Under the pieces are notes generated by a model. That model had not been told where the DNA came from, searched no databases, and saw only the letters and a program-made list of their open reading frames with translations. This document shows positions 36,706-50,800 of a stretch of 64,000 nucleotides of DNA, piece after piece. The DNA is from Callorhinchus milii (Eukaryota), in the NCBI RefSeq assembly GCF_018977255.1, contig NW_024704742.1, positions 90,584,001 through 90,648,000 on the forward strand, written 5' to 3'. Every line of letters begins with the position of its first letter. The first letter of the stretch is position 1. Both the position numbers and the translations under genes were made by a program.

Positions 36706-36865
36706 AAATAAATAATTTTTGCATTTGATATAGCACCTTATCACATCATCGAGACATCTCAAAGCCCTTCACAGGATATATTGTAAAATAGATTGATTTT
36801 TGGGTGAATGCGGCAGCCAATTTGCGTGCAGCAATGACCCACAAACAGTTGTGGAGTGACTGACT
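36706..36865 (-). mobile_element. SINE 3' fragment
   Basis: gcatttgatatagcaccttatcacatcatcgagacatctcaaagc...gcggcagccaatttgcgtgcagc. Confidence 0.8.
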
Positions 36866-37854
36866 CAAATTGGTCATTGGTCAAATAGTAATACAACTCC
36901 CCTTTTACATCTCCCATTCATTCTGAAATTCACCAACATTATTACAAATCATAAATATTTTTAATGAGTTAAGTACAATTATTTTGGCTTTAATAAAGGG
37001 ACCAAGGTTAATGGAAGTTCAAGACGTCAGAGAACAATTTAACATCTCTTCAACATAACAGGTTTTGGAAAAAAAATAAAGCAATTATGCACTTTCCTAA
37101 CAATTCGTCCCTTTTATGCTGCTCTCAACCCCATGTACTGTATTATCAATTCCACTTTTTACAGTGGAACATCTAGATCTCTCTTGCATTGCTTAAAATA
37201 ATATATTTTTCCAGGATAACATTGTGCACAAAAAAACCCTAAAATGTTTGGGTCCCGTTCAGTGTGTCATGTACTCGCCTAATAACCACCTAAGCCATAA
37301 TAGCCCTTACATTTAATATAGTGCCTTTCACGTTTTAAAGTTTCACATAGGAGTCTCAAAAGTATCAGAATCTTGAACTCTGAGCATGGCAATGGGTTTC
37401 TACATGTTAGACACCCTATTTCTAAACTTTCACAACTCATCTCTATATTGTCAAGCCTAACTATAGTCTTCATTTCTCTGAATTTTCCTCTTTTTTCCTT
37501 TCAAATATTGAAATGCATTATCCTCTTTTCTCTTCTTCCTCGGTATTGGGCAATGCTCTGGCAAATGATTATGCAAGCAATATGTCCCAGAGACGAGCTA
37601 GCCACAACAGCACTCCATAGTGCAGTTACATAGCTGTCATGTTACAACATGAAAGGTTTCTCATATAACTCATTCATAGAAAAAAGTTAACAACTGAGGA
37701 GCTTATAAATACTGTAGAGACAAATTAGGAGGAAAGGTGGAACCTCAACTTTCACTCTGCCACAACTGGTGACCATTCATTGTCTCAAAATGAGAGCGGG
37801 AACCAATGTCTTAAAACAAGAAACATGCTGTTGTATAATCCAAATCACATCAGT

Positions 37855-38538
37855 TCACTCATCCGATTGCCTATCAGACATCAATTCCTGGATGAGCTCC
37901 AATAGTCTTTAGTTGAATGGAGATGTTTCCCAACGTTTCCATTTTGTCTCTTCCAATGGCTTTACTTCTGCCCCTGCACCATCACGTGCAGCATTCCTCA
38001 GGGCCTCAGTCCTCTCCTCTTTATTATCGATATGCTTCCGCTCAGCAATGAGGTTAACTTCCACATGTATGAGGATGACACTCAACTATCTCTTTGCCTC
38101 CATCGTGGATTCGAGGACCTGTGCTATTCTGACCGATTGCCTGTTGCCTGGATGACAACTAACTTTCTCCAGTTGAATGTCAACAAGGCAGGGGCTCTCC
38201 TGCCTGGCTCCTATCAGTGGCTTGTCAAACTCAGACGCTGACAGCAGCATTCTACACAGATGCACAGTCCACCTGCCTCCGCTCAGCAGGCACCAACCTG
38301 CTTTACATCCCTCACCTTACCTGTCCCACCATCAGCAATTGGGACTTCAGCCATTCTGGCACCACGCTCTGGAAGGAACACCATCCTGGAATCCCTACAA
38401 CCGCTTCCCTCACCCCCTTCAAGGTCTACATCAAGACCTTCCTCTTTGACCACATGTCTTCAGTCATCTTCCCTCTCCCAGCTCAGGAACAAGCTGCTTG
38501 CAATGTGAAGGTGCTATAAAATGTAAATTTGTTGTTGT
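37855..38538 (+). mobile_element. Internally deleted L2 LINE fragments
   Basis: NFHMYEDDTQL...WMTTNFLQLNVNKA (ORF 38032..38241) joined to 3' end FKVYIKTFLFDH and a (GTT) tail. Confidence 0.85.
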
Positions 38539-40259
38539 AGCAGACATGACCAAGATGCTTCTCCTTGGCTCCCCTCAGGCAGTGACCACAGAGGTGATGC
38601 GGAACCGCAGTGTCTGGTTCAACCCCTAACTGTCCTTCATGAACTCCATCAGGGCTCTCGCTTACTCAGGTTTCCCTCACCTCCTTAACATTACCCATCT
38701 CCATTGGTTGTATGTAAACAGATTGAATTGAAAGGATCTTGTTACTTTTGGAAAGAAGTATTCTGGAGAGGATCATATGTTTTCTTTATAAAAATTAAAT
38801 AATTTAGATATAAACATGAACACAATAGTAAACCAATGCTAAATGAACAACAAAATTGCAATTACTTTAATATTTTTGGTCATCCAGGTGACTGACACAT
38901 GCGGAAACCCATCACCATGCTTAAGAATATAACCAAACAACATTAGTAGTGCCCCACATCTTCTATTAAGTAAGAATTTGAGGACAATTAATGCTGAGAG
39001 CTGCAAACTCCAGAGTGATTCCTTTCTCCATCCGAGTTCAGAGACCACTGATACTGTGCAAACTAGAGATCCAAAATTCCATATAGCATTATCTTGTAAG
39101 ACTATTTTGTGTTAAATTTCAAAAATGTGGAACATTTTCAAATGTAATCTAAACGTGGAAACTGTTTTTTATAAGAACTATGGTAAACCTGCTTCTAAAT
39201 TAATACTGAATTAAGAATTGTTCACAATTCTGTGCGATCTTCAATTTTAAAAACTGAATAGTCTTAAAGATAAGATTAGGTGACATTTCAGGCCTCGGGA
39301 GTTCACATAAATGGTTGAGAACGTCTGTAAGAATTTCAATTGGATTCATGACCAAACAAGAGAACCAAAGTAAAATTTTTGAAAGAGCATTTCCTAAAAC
39401 TCTCCTAGATTTTAAAATCGATTAAATTCAAACCTTCAAAATAGAGAGTTCAGCAAGTAAGAGATGACCAAAAGTTCAACAGATCGATATCAAACAGTCT
39501 TAAGGAAGTCACTCCTGCTATATTCTTTATTGCTAATCTGGATTTATCCAAATATTACATAGGAGTGAAGAGAATTTCAGTGTTTTACTTATTTCTATTA
39601 GGAAAACAAGAACTATAGCACCAGTCCACATGATGAGCTTTTCATACTGCATGCATTAATATATAGTATATCCCAAATATTACTGAAGATTATACATTCC
39701 TTGCAGATTCCTTCTTGTAACTATTTTTTGTTCACCAAAGGCAAAAGACGCTCATTAGTCTCAACACCCACAAGCAATTGAGATAAAAAGAAATTAACGA
39801 AAAGCAATTCCTATCTACATATTAAAGTTAATTAAACAAAGTCTAATACCATTATGTTGCAGAAATACTCAATGGGTGCACTACAATATTTCAAAATCTT
39901 GAAATTCAGTTCAGCTGAAAAATGTAAAAGACTCCTGAATTACTTGTGGATATTCTTTTCTTTCCGTGTGCAATTAAAGATGCTTCTTCCTTTTACAGAA
40001 ATGATAATTTTTTTTCCCTCTGGTGTGTTGAGTTTCACAAATTGATACAAAACGCTAAATGTTACAAAGATGCCCATCTGTTAGCTCATCTTAGATGTAC
40101 CACTCTCATCACTGGGTCACAAAATCGTGGGTTCAAGTCCCACAATGACATTTCAACTCACAGTCAAAGCTGACACTCCACTGCAATTCAGGGGAGCGGT
40201 ACAACAAATATATAGCGCCTTTCATGTTGGGAAGACGTCCAGAGCTGGGGTTCTATTCA

Positions 40260-40573
40260 TAATAATAATAATAATCCTTGCATTTGATATAGCGCTTTTC
40301 ACATCTTCTAGACATCTCAAAGCGCTTCACAGAATATACTGTAAAGTGAATTGACTGGATATTTGTGGGCGAAATGCGGCAGCCAATTGTGTACAGCAGT
40401 GTCCCGCAAACAGTCGTGGACTGAAGTGACCAATTTTAATTTTTTTTCTTGAGGGATTATTATTAGGCGTGTGGAGTAAGGAAACTTGCCCAAGGTTTCC
40501 CCCTGCCTGGAATCAAACCCAGGTCTCTCGTTTGCGAGGCAAGTTGTCTAACCACTGAACTACAGGACTTCAC
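40260..40573 (-). mobile_element. Full-length SINE
   Basis: (AAT)n, ccttgcatttgatatagcgc...accactgaactacaggacttcac. Confidence 0.92.
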
Positions 40574-43500
40574 AGGAGGAGTGAGGACCAAGAGGTTTGG
40601 AGCTGGGGTGGAAAAGATGACCAAAGCTGCGGTCAAAGAGGTCTTGAGCATATGGACAAGATGAAGAGACTCCGGAATGGAGGTATCAGACATCAGCAAA
40701 CAATATCTTGGAGGTGGAAAAATGTAGTCTTAGTCATGGGGTATGAAGCACAATCGGTAGAGGTCAAGCAGAAAACCATTTCACTCGGAGAAACTAGAAA
40801 TAGATCTGCTGAGGACAATAGTAAATATTACACTGGTTCAGCAGCCATTTCTCTTCTCAAACTGGGACTGTGGCAAAGCTGAAGTAGAATAGACAGAGGT
40901 ATACTCCAAATCGAAACAGTGTGATACTGGATTTTAGGTATTGATGCCAACAATATAGAGTTCAAAATGGAAAAGTGTTAATTTCCCAACATTAGCATCT
41001 CTCACCTCATGGGCACAATAAAAAAAACACAAAAAAAACTTGAAACGTGGGCAACAGCTGGATCCTTCTGGTAATACAGGCAGCCAGGCTCACTCTCGCC
41101 TGTGAACATTCTTGTGCGCCACTGGCTTCTGCGTCTTTGAAGGAGACATTAGACCGCAGTCCCATCTGGCTGTTCAAGTGGACGTTAAAGACGTTAACTA
41201 TATCAAATGTAGGATTATTATGAAGCCAGGATGAACTTTTTAATCTTAGAATTAAAATTATTCAGGCAGGAACACAAACATAGTATACCTCACAAATGTA
41301 TGTTCATATACGCATGTGCATAGATGGGGGCTTGTGCTGTCGGGATGGCAATGAAGTGACAATGTTACTGGACTGGCAAACCAAAAGCCACGGTCATGAC
41401 ATCATTTAACTTAAAAACATTGATAATTTGTAATTAAGCTGGGACCAGGAAAAATGCCACAAGATGCCGGATTATTGTAAAAACCCAACTGGTTCACCGA
41501 TGTTCTTCAGGAAAGAAATCTTCCATGCTGACTTGGTTTGGCTACAATAATTCCAGTCTCACATTATGTTATTGACTTTCAACATCCTCTAAAATGGCAG
41601 AGCAAGGACAACTCTGTTGTAAGGAAACCGCTACAAAAATATTCAATATAAGGACTACATCAGTTTAAAGAGAAGGCCCAGTGCAACAAATCCCAGAATC
41701 ACCTATGTTTCAAGATGAGTGTAAAATGTAGATTTATGTACCTGCCTCTTTGCCTGTGATCTATAAACGTATAAGCCTTTCTGCCTCTATGTGTGGCTTT
41801 CTAGTCAAAAAACATGTTCACAACAATTTGTGGAGAAAGCGGACATGAGATGACATGAATAAATGTCAAGGAATATGTTCACAGTTGCTGAAGTCCAGTC
41901 CAATTAAGAACAGATGTTTTCTAGTTGGATTTACTAATGAACCAACCAGTTAGAATAAACTACTTACACTATAGTAACTACAAGAGATGCAGTGGATCCA
42001 TCTGTTTTTCTAAGGTAGAATTCAACTATAATCTCATATTCGTGCCCTGCATTAGGCTGCCCCCAGTGTATAAAAATGCAAAAGCTTAACATAACTTAAC
42101 ATACACTGTGGAAGCTGACAGTGGACCTGGAACATCATTCTGTTACTGCCTTCTAAAGTATATTTTATTTGTTGACTGACATTGTCACTGATGTGTTCAC
42201 TGTGGAATTTTCATACAGAAGTAATACATAATTCGGAATAAAACGATTAAGGTAATGCTTTCAGCAGTAATGCGAGAGGTATAAAGTCACTGACATTATG
42301 CTTTTGTGAATATTTGATATATGGCATATTATCGTCAGACTGCTACCACACGAAATGATCACCATTTTTTAAAATTTTATAACACAATCACATCATCTTT
42401 TATCCTTATTTTGGGAGTTCAAAGAGAAAATGTTCACATATCTTAGTTATATTCAATAAGAATGTGTTAAAATTGAAGTAGTGTTTTTTTATTTCAGACC
42501 ATTGCAGTTAAGAGCAACAAATTACAATTTTTTGTTTTGCCAGCTGTACTGGAATATTATACTAGACAGACTATACTGGAATAGTTTATGCTGGTCGATT
42601 TTTAGTGCACTGTAAACCTCTCCTTTTTTAAAGAAGGGTCTTCCTCCTAGCAAGGATGGGAAGATGAGTGGTTAATGTAATATGTTAAGGTAACAGCTTA
42701 GAAAACGAGAATCAGTAACAGCAGCTTGGCCAATGAGATGTTAAGCATCACATTTCTTAGTCTTTTCAACAGTGGCATTTCTGAAATGTTTAAACACTGT
42801 GATCTTTGTACACATCTTCTAAATTTTCAAAATAGCTTATGGAGACTTATTGTCTGATACCAAGTGTCGCAGCATAGTCCCAGCAGATTGCCAGGCAGAA
42901 AAGGCAAAGTTTTAAAAAAAACTAATGTTCCTTTAACTGAAGGTTGCAGCTGCATTCTTGCAACAGTCACAAATAATGGATCAATACAAGACTCCCTTAA
43001 AATATTGTTATTACCTCATCTACTTCTGTATATGGTTTTGTTCTTAGCTTTTCTCCGTTCACCTTTTTTTGGTTAAACAAAACGTGCAACATACAACTGA
43101 ACAAAAACGTGTTGTTTGATCAAATATCAAAAAGATCCCACATCACACACACAAATAGTGACGAGACAATAAGCTCATTTGGGGGAGGAAGAAACTGTTT
43201 TTAAGGAGCCCACTAACTGTGATATCAAAGCAACGTTCTTTGTATTTGTTCAAAAAAAACACAAGTTTCTTTGCTGCTTTATTTTATACTCACTACTACT
43301 TGAAAGCTCTGTGAAGGGATCAATGCTAACCCCCGAGGACAGCCTGTGCACAGCGAGAAAAAGTCACTCCCCCATGCTCTCTTCAGGTCAGTTCCAAGGA
43401 CCGTGTTAGCAGATACGCACCAGACCCTTAACAGCGAGCTCTGCTGCTACCAGTAATTAGCTTGGACAGCTCTGGCTCCAAGAGAGGCAGCAAGGCTACA

Positions 43501-43923
43501 TCATAATGAGCTCAGCTGGGATTAGCAGGACAGAGCAGGGAACAGAGAGAGATGAGGCCTTCTACATCACGTATGTAGTGAGGAGATCAAACGAACACGG
43601 CTGGCTGGGTTATCCCCTCACCACCTTATTCAACAAATGAAGCACAGCAGTGTGCAAAATACAGGCTAATGAAGAGCGACACCTCCAACAGATGAGAGCC
43701 ATATTAATTAACACAATTCCCCCTATCACATTATACAGTTACTGTTACCACTGCTAAACTTGTCATTGCAGCTGATAGGAAGAGACTGGCTTATTTGATG
43801 AAAGAAGTTTGCCTGTTTTATCCTTGCAAGGAATTCCTCTGTGTGACATTTAAGGCACCAGAAGATCAGACGGAAGTGATATGGCTCTGCATGTGTAAAT
43901 TAGCAGAAAAAAAAGCAACTTAC

Positions 43924-44046
43924 TTTTCAGTCAATAGCTTTCTGTGTTCCCGTTTGAAATATGCCAGTTCATTCCATACAGCATCACTGTCCTCCTGCCG
44001 AAGCTGCCACGGCTCAGCACGATGTATTTTAACTTTGCTTTTATTT
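43924..44046 (-). CDS. CNTLN: Centlein exon (123 nt, phase 2/2): NKSKVKIHRAEPWQLRQEDSDAVWNELAYFKREHRKLLTE
   Basis: gccAG and AA|GTaagt boundaries. Contains the conserved centlein motif QLRQEDSDAVWNELAYFKRE. Confidence 0.97.
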
Positions 44047-45294
44047 CTGGCAGTTAATCCAAACCAAAAACATTGAGTTATTTAAAGTTTTTTTAAAAAA
44101 TTATCCCAAAGAAAAATGCTCCACTATCATTCTCTTCCTCCCATCAATTCTAATCTTTGCAGAAATTCCCAAATCTGGCAGAATCATTTTAGTTTTTCAA
44201 ATTGAAATAATCTTATAAATGATTAAAAAGCAACTGGAATGTAGCAAAAAATTGTGAAAAATTATTAGAAACAACTCTACACTTTGAGTTACAGCATTTT
44301 ATAAGGTCTAAAATTTAATAGCAGGCGCCTGTTGAAATATTTAACAGGTCAATTGCAAATTCCAGAAACCACGATTTAATTTTGGCATTTCAAACTAACT
44401 AGTGAAATAGACTCCTGGTTACTCTTTGCAGAAAATGTTATTGTAACACAACTGCGTGAACTTTGCATTCGACAAATAACCGCGTTTATGAGAATACTTA
44501 TTGAACGTTTCCTCTTTGCATCCAATGACAATATCAAACTAACCTAAGTCCAGAATTCTATAAATTAGTCTTGGGCTGATGATCCCCAGCCAATTTCTGA
44601 AATATGCTTATGTTCCATGACCACATCCTTGATGTCAAATTAATGCAGAATTATGTGTAGCTTTTTTGTGCTGTCAAGTTATTCCACTAAGAACTTAGTA
44701 GTTACAAGGAGAGTATTGTGCCGTCTGTCTGGGCTACATGCAAACACAACCCCAGAGGTCTTTTAATCCAGCACATCACCCATTTTCCTAACAGAATGGC
44801 TGAGACTCGCAAAGTATATGGCGAGGTCTACAAACATTTTTGTTTCCCTGACAGTCTCATTAAAAAGATATGAAGAACATTCATCATTCTTCGTTGCACA
44901 GTACTCATAATGAGGTGTGGTTCTACTGTCATTTTTTCACAGAAAATTCAGGCTTTGCCAATTGCAATATACTCCTTATCGAGCCAAAATTATCCTCCTT
45001 TGGGGTTAACAGGGTCTTTTTGGAGCTGAGCTGGCTTCAAGGTGACATATTTAGCAACGGAAGGACGGAATCGAGTCAATCCTATGTGACAACCTTGCTC
45101 GTCCAGTTCTTGAGCCAGAATAAACCCCAGGCCTCCAAGACACTGCAGATCACAGACCAGTTGCTAAGCTTTTTGGAAGGACTTAAGAGATGAACCACTT
45201 ACTGGGAACAGGGATTCTCTCCACTTGTATGCGCTGTGGGTGGAACCAATGGTTGAAACAGGAGATCGAGAATTGAGGTGGAATGTTCAGGCAA

Positions 45295-45408
45295 TTTCGC
45301 CCACAAATATACAGTCAATTCACTTTACAATCTATTCTGTGAAGCGCTTTGAGATGTCGAGAAGACGTGCAAAGCACTATATCAAATGCAAGGATATTAT
45401 TATATAAT
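45295..45408 (+). mobile_element. SINE 3' fragment
   Basis: tttcgcccacaaatatacagtcaattcactttac...atcaaatgcaagg. Confidence 0.85.
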
Positions 45409-45559
45409 GAAGTATGAGTGATAGAAGGGATAGTTAATTGGAAGATAGCATGCTGACGTCTGAGCCTATAAGGAGGAGGAGAGAGCATAGGGACTGGATG
45501 CTTCTAGTGCAAGGGTCGCAAAGGGGTGGAGCTGCCAGTATCCCGAGAACTGTGCCCCA

Positions 45560-45780
45560 CTGAATGCCACTATGGCCCGAGGCTCTGGAACTGCCTTCCT
45601 CACTCCCTTCGCCTCGCTCCCTCCCTTCCTATTTTCAGATCTCTGCTAAAGATCTTTCTTTTCGACTGCGCCTTTGGTCACCTTCCTCCCCCTCCCCCTG
45701 GCTCGGCCGCGGGATCCGTTACTGTAAAGCGCTCTGAGACGGCGTGGAGGGCGTTATATAAATCCAAGTTGTTCTTGTTA
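45560..45780 (+). mobile_element. L2 3' end (different subfamily)
   Basis: YGPRLWNCLPHSLRLAPSLPIFRSLLKIFLFDCAF plus tail aagcgctctgagacggcgtggagggcgttatataaatc. Confidence 0.8.
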
Positions 45781-46423
45781 CCACCATTTTAAAACTCATG
45801 GAGGCACGATTGGACAGGAAGCTTTCTGCTGCTGAAGGTGTTCAAAGACATGGCATCAGAGAGACCATCTATGTGATAAAAGAACAGCAGTGAATCCTTC
45901 AGCAGTCAGAAGTTTCCTCACCCTCACCAGTGGCTGGCTCTGGGAAAGAGAGAGTGGGGGCCAGGTTGGCATTGGGATTCAAGTCTCCTCAATTATAAGG
46001 TGACCTTTAGGAATGAGATAGAGAATTGTTTTTAATTTAGGGTGCAGTGCCTATTCTTTATAAATGAAGATTATGTTTTAGACAATTCTAAAACTAAAGT
46101 ACAGAAAGAAAAGCATTTTTTAAAAAAAAGCTACCTAAGCATGGGATTGAACTAAACAATACATTTTTAACTTGGTTAATTTCGTTTTTTTTCTAGAAAT
46201 TTTCATAGTTGTTCTAAGTCCTTACAAAAAGACAGTGGTTGCTTGATTTGTAGGTGAACACCCATAAAAATACACAGTCACGGCACTATGGAGTAAAACC
46301 TGTTCAGAGGTTTGACATGTCCTCTGATGTGAAAAGTGCTTTTTCAAATACAAGGATGATTATTATTATTATTGTTTTGATGCTACTTCTAACTGTAGAT
46401 GGAGAAACCCCTATTATTGTAAT

Positions 46424-46759
46424 ACTAATAATCTTTGCATTTGATATAGCGCCTTTGAGACACAATCACATCTTCGAGACGTCTCAAAGTGCTTCACAGA
46501 ATAAACTGTAAAGTGAATTGACTGTATATTTTGTGGGTGAAACGTGGCAGCCAATTGCGCACAGCAGTGTCCCACAAATAGTCATGGATTGAGGTTTCCA
46601 AGAAATTATTACCCCTGGAAAAGTTATCCGCCAATTGACTAACAACCGGGTTCCTACTTACTGTACGGTAAGTACTTCCCCAACATTTCACCCTGCCAGG
46701 AATTGAACCCAGGTATCTCACTTGTGAGGCGAGTGCTCCACCACTGAGCTATGGGACTC
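46424..46759 (-). mobile_element. Full-length SINE (longer subfamily)
   Basis: Tail-to-head match ending accactgagctatgggactc. Confidence 0.9.
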
Positions 46760-46959
46760 TAGATTTAACTCATTTGCAATAAGCAAAACACAGTTGATAA
46801 AACACAGAATGCCTTCTGAAACTTGAGGTGGAATACCCAAGATAATTAAATCTGAAGAAGACATTACAAATAAAGAGGTGACTGACATATTAAATTCATT
46901 AGAAAACAAGTTTGAACAGTATGACACTTAAGAAAGTGGCCAATGAAATCAGTACTGGT

Positions 46960-47470
46960 GGATATAATTAGAGATTCATTGGAAACTGGACCTTGCCCAA
47001 GAATTTCATAATAGGAAATGTAACAACAATTTGCAAATTGTAGCCTGAGGAATTACAGGCGCGAATCAGAAATCTGCTGCAGAAAATATTGGTCAACAGT
47101 CTGGAAAAAGAAATAATGAAGCATTTAGAGAAATATAAAATTCTAAAAGGGAGCTAAAACATTCACAGGGATCTATGCTCGGGCCAATGCTACTTACACC
47201 ACAAATAAATTATTTGAAACCGGGGAACACAAACAAGCTTTCAAAGTTTCTTAACAATCAATAAAAATATGTTCAAAACAGTTACAAACTCTACAAGGGG
47301 ACACAACAACAGGTCAGGAGGTGGAAGGTTAATACACAATTTCAATGTAATTACTTGAATTACTTCAATGTAAATCAATGTAACAGTTGTGAATATGTGG
47401 AATGAACATTCAAGCTGATGCCAGCAAATTAAAGAGGGAATTAAACAGCTATTTGCTAAATACATGGATT
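46960..47470 (+). mobile_element. Highly degraded CR1-like RT fragments
   Basis: aatgtaacaacaattt (NVTxI), aagcatttagagaaatataaaatt (KHLEKYKI), cagggatctatgctcgggccaatgcta (QGSMLGPML). Confidence 0.5.
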
Positions 47471-47736
47471 AAGGGGTGCAAAGGATATTGTGCACTGTAT
47501 GTTCCTAAACAAAACCTAAAAATGAAGTGTGATTTAACTTGAACAAAGCCTGTACATTTTTTTCAATGAAGAACAACAACAAGATTACATTTGTATAGCG
47601 CCTTTTATGTTGGGAGGACGTCCCAAGGCGCAGGACAGTGTACAGGATTTCAGAACATTAATTTCTTTAGGCAAATGGTCAACATCTAATTCTGCAAAAA
47701 CATTGTGGCTACAGAAACAGTAACAAGGCGCCTCAC

Positions 47737-47858
47737 TTGATATTTCCATCCTCCAGCTCCTTCAGTTGTTCCTTCAAAGCTCTGTGGCTTGCCTGTAACA
47801 TATGTAGCCGTTCCAAACGCTGGTCGTGAACTTTCTTCAACTCTTCGTTCTCTTGGCT
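47737..47858 (-). CDS. CNTLN: Centlein exon (122 nt, phase 0/2): SQENEELKKVHDQRLERLHMLQASHRALKEQLKELEDGNI
   Basis: ttttctgtttAG and AA|GTgagg boundaries. Matches centlein SQENDEL...ERLQMLQTNYRAVKEQLK. Confidence 0.95.
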
Positions 47859-50504
47859 CTAAACAGAAAATTAAAGGAAGGAATAATTATTCAAATCATT
47901 TAAAACTGATTTTGTTTGTCAATACATTAAAAACTAGGTGAAGCCTGGAAATATAAACCAAGATTTCACAAGCATAATTTCATTACACCAAAGTGGAAAG
48001 GGTGTTATTCATATACAACTGTTCAATTGGACTGGATTAAATAAGATGTGACATTACTGAAACAGAATTATTTCAGAATAGATTCTTTTGTAGATAACCT
48101 GGAGAGAAGGGTTTGCATAAAGCTCAGGGTTTGCCAAAATAATCCAAAAGCATGGCAGTATATTCAGAAAATCGACACAAAACACCAAAGAGTACATTTG
48201 AAGTGCAATGTTTACGTTTCCAAATTGATCACAGGGATAAACTTTCATTGTCCTTCCGCCATTAAACTATTCATTAAATTGGGCAGGACAATGCATACTT
48301 ACATCTAAAATTGAAAAACCACCAAAAAAAATTCATTTGACGCAGCACTGATTGGTATACAAAGTTGAAACTTCTCAAAGTGCTTCATAGGTAATTGCTG
48401 TCAAACAGTAATTGTATTGGTAGGCAAATGCAACATCATATTTACTCAAAGTAGATTCCATAAACAACCGTGAAAGAAATGACCCACATTATCTGGAAGA
48501 TCGTTGGGAAGGACAACAGGAGAAATTCTCTTATTTTTCTAAATACTATTATGGGATATACCATTTACTGTTGCTTTGCAAATGTGCAACCAGCATGGAC
48601 AAACATGAATATCAAAAGTCAAAGGAAAAATAAAAATTTGCTTTTGGCCAATATTTCTTACCATAATATAATGGACCCACTAAATTCACTAAATAAAAGA
48701 ACAATAACATGTGATATTGCATTTGAAGGTATAACATGTATAATCATTGCAACACATTATCAGTTCATTAACTGCACATTCTTGACTCAGTTATAATACA
48801 GACACCATGTCTACAGTAGATTGGTGAAAACTGGCAGCATGGCATGATATTGCCACTTCTGTTTTGCTTTCTGTTCAAACAGAGCAGAGCTCAACAGTAA
48901 TCAGTACTAATCAGTTTCTAACATTAAAAATACCAAAGCTGTCACTGAACGATCTCCAAACGTTTTGAAACTTTAAACTTGAAGTTTAAAACTTTTACTT
49001 GACACTGCCTTCAATGTACAACACCCAGTATAACACAGAAGCTGTGCGAGATTATCTCCTAAAGGTACCTCTATGTTTTCCTTAAGACAAATCGTGCTCT
49101 TTTAACTGCAGTTTCTGATGATTTGATGTAAAAAAACCAGAAGAACTGGGACAATTGTGTTGCACAGCAATGATGTCAGGCAAAATGGGAAGTTAGAGCA
49201 TTGTTGAAATTATCCTTTAAGCATCACCTACATACTGTCATTACACTTTACAGTAAAAATCCTATTAAGTACTTTGAGAAGTTTCAATGTGAAAAGGCAC
49301 AATGTCAAATGAAAGGATTATTATTAATTCCCAGAAACGTCCAGCACTTAATGTATTCCCGACAAGAAAATCAACTTCCCTTGTAGTTTTAACTCTTGGA
49401 TATTATAAACACTTAAACCATTTTTTAATCTGTGCATTAAATGTAGGCATCTTGAAGATGACATACAGGTAGAATATTAACATTGATAATGAAGAATGAG
49501 CTGGATACCTGATTGGCAAGCAAGGCCACAAATACTGAAAATGGAGTCTTACTGCTGTATATATTACATATGAAATTGTTGTATACATTAGAGATAAAAC
49601 CTCAGCTGTAATTGGCAAGTAGACCAACACATAGAAATACCAGGAAGCAGTCCAACAAATATAAATATTCTACACTTAAAATATAAAAAGGTTTGATACA
49701 GAGCACCAAAACTGACATAACCAGTTTTACAAAATCAGAGATTACTGATGAAAATCGAAGTGAGAGTTTTAAAATGTATGCTTCAGGAATAAGAAGTATT
49801 TAAACTATTAAAGAAGAAATAACACTGAATTGTATCATGTTTTCTGCCATGCTTTGGAAAATGATACAGAATCCCAATGAAAACTGGTTAATTCTGCAAT
49901 ACCATGCTTCTTATACTGTACACTCAAGATGAAAGTGTGATTACAATTATAATAATAATCCTTGCATTCGATATAGTACCTTATCACGTCGTTGAGACAT
50001 CTCAAAGCGCTTCACAGAATATACTGTAAAGTGGATTGATTGACTGTATATTTTGTGGATTGATTGACTACAACCTTTTGGCCAATCTAGATACTTAAGA
50101 TTTTTTTAAAAAATCAAATAAAGCGTTAAAGTCACGACAAAAAGTTTTCTGAGAAATTGACTTCAGTTAATATGATATTTTCAACAATCAATGTCAATTA
50201 AACTTTCCATCAAACATGACTGTCATGAAGGAAATAAACTATGTGCAAAGGTAGAATGAGAATTCTGGTTTAATGTTAAATGATCTACCTTAACTATCTA
50301 ATATTCTTTACAAATACCAATTAAATAGTACAATCCACATTATTAAGTTGGAAACACATACCACAAATCAGAGATAATAGGGTAACATTTGCAGTATTTC
50401 AGAATTCTTGGCAGCATTAATTAATGTCCATTTGGTGTTTCTCCCTCTTTTAGATCCAGCATCTGTATTTTGTTTTATTTGAATCAATGTTGAATATTAT
50501 TAAT

Positions 50505-50800
50505 AAAAATAATCATTCTTGCATTTAGTATAGCACTTTCAGATCGGAAGAACTCTCAAAGAGCTTCATTAGATTCACTGTAAAGTGTAATAAATGTATT
50601 TTTGCAGACTAACTCTGCAACCAATTTGCCCACAGGAATCTCCCACAACAACAACAACAACAACAACAAGATTCCATTTATAAAGCGCCTTTCACGTCAG
50701 GAGGACGTCCCAAGGCGCTGCACAGTTGGGTCACAAACATCCCTGAAGTGAACGACCAATTTTATCTGGGGGATTGTTGGCCAAGAGAAACTCCATTCTC
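50505..50800 (-). mobile_element. Diverged SINE with a nested, roughly 85-bp young L2 tail (about 50647-50732)
   Basis: The SINE body is interrupted at cccacaa by (CAA)n plus the L2 hairpin and resumes at cacaaaca. Confidence 0.8.

Noticed and set aside
44870..45193. 107-aa ORF as an independent gene
   Set aside because: KLSSFGV...WL...FSNGR resembles a decayed LINE RT segment; no splice or promoter support.
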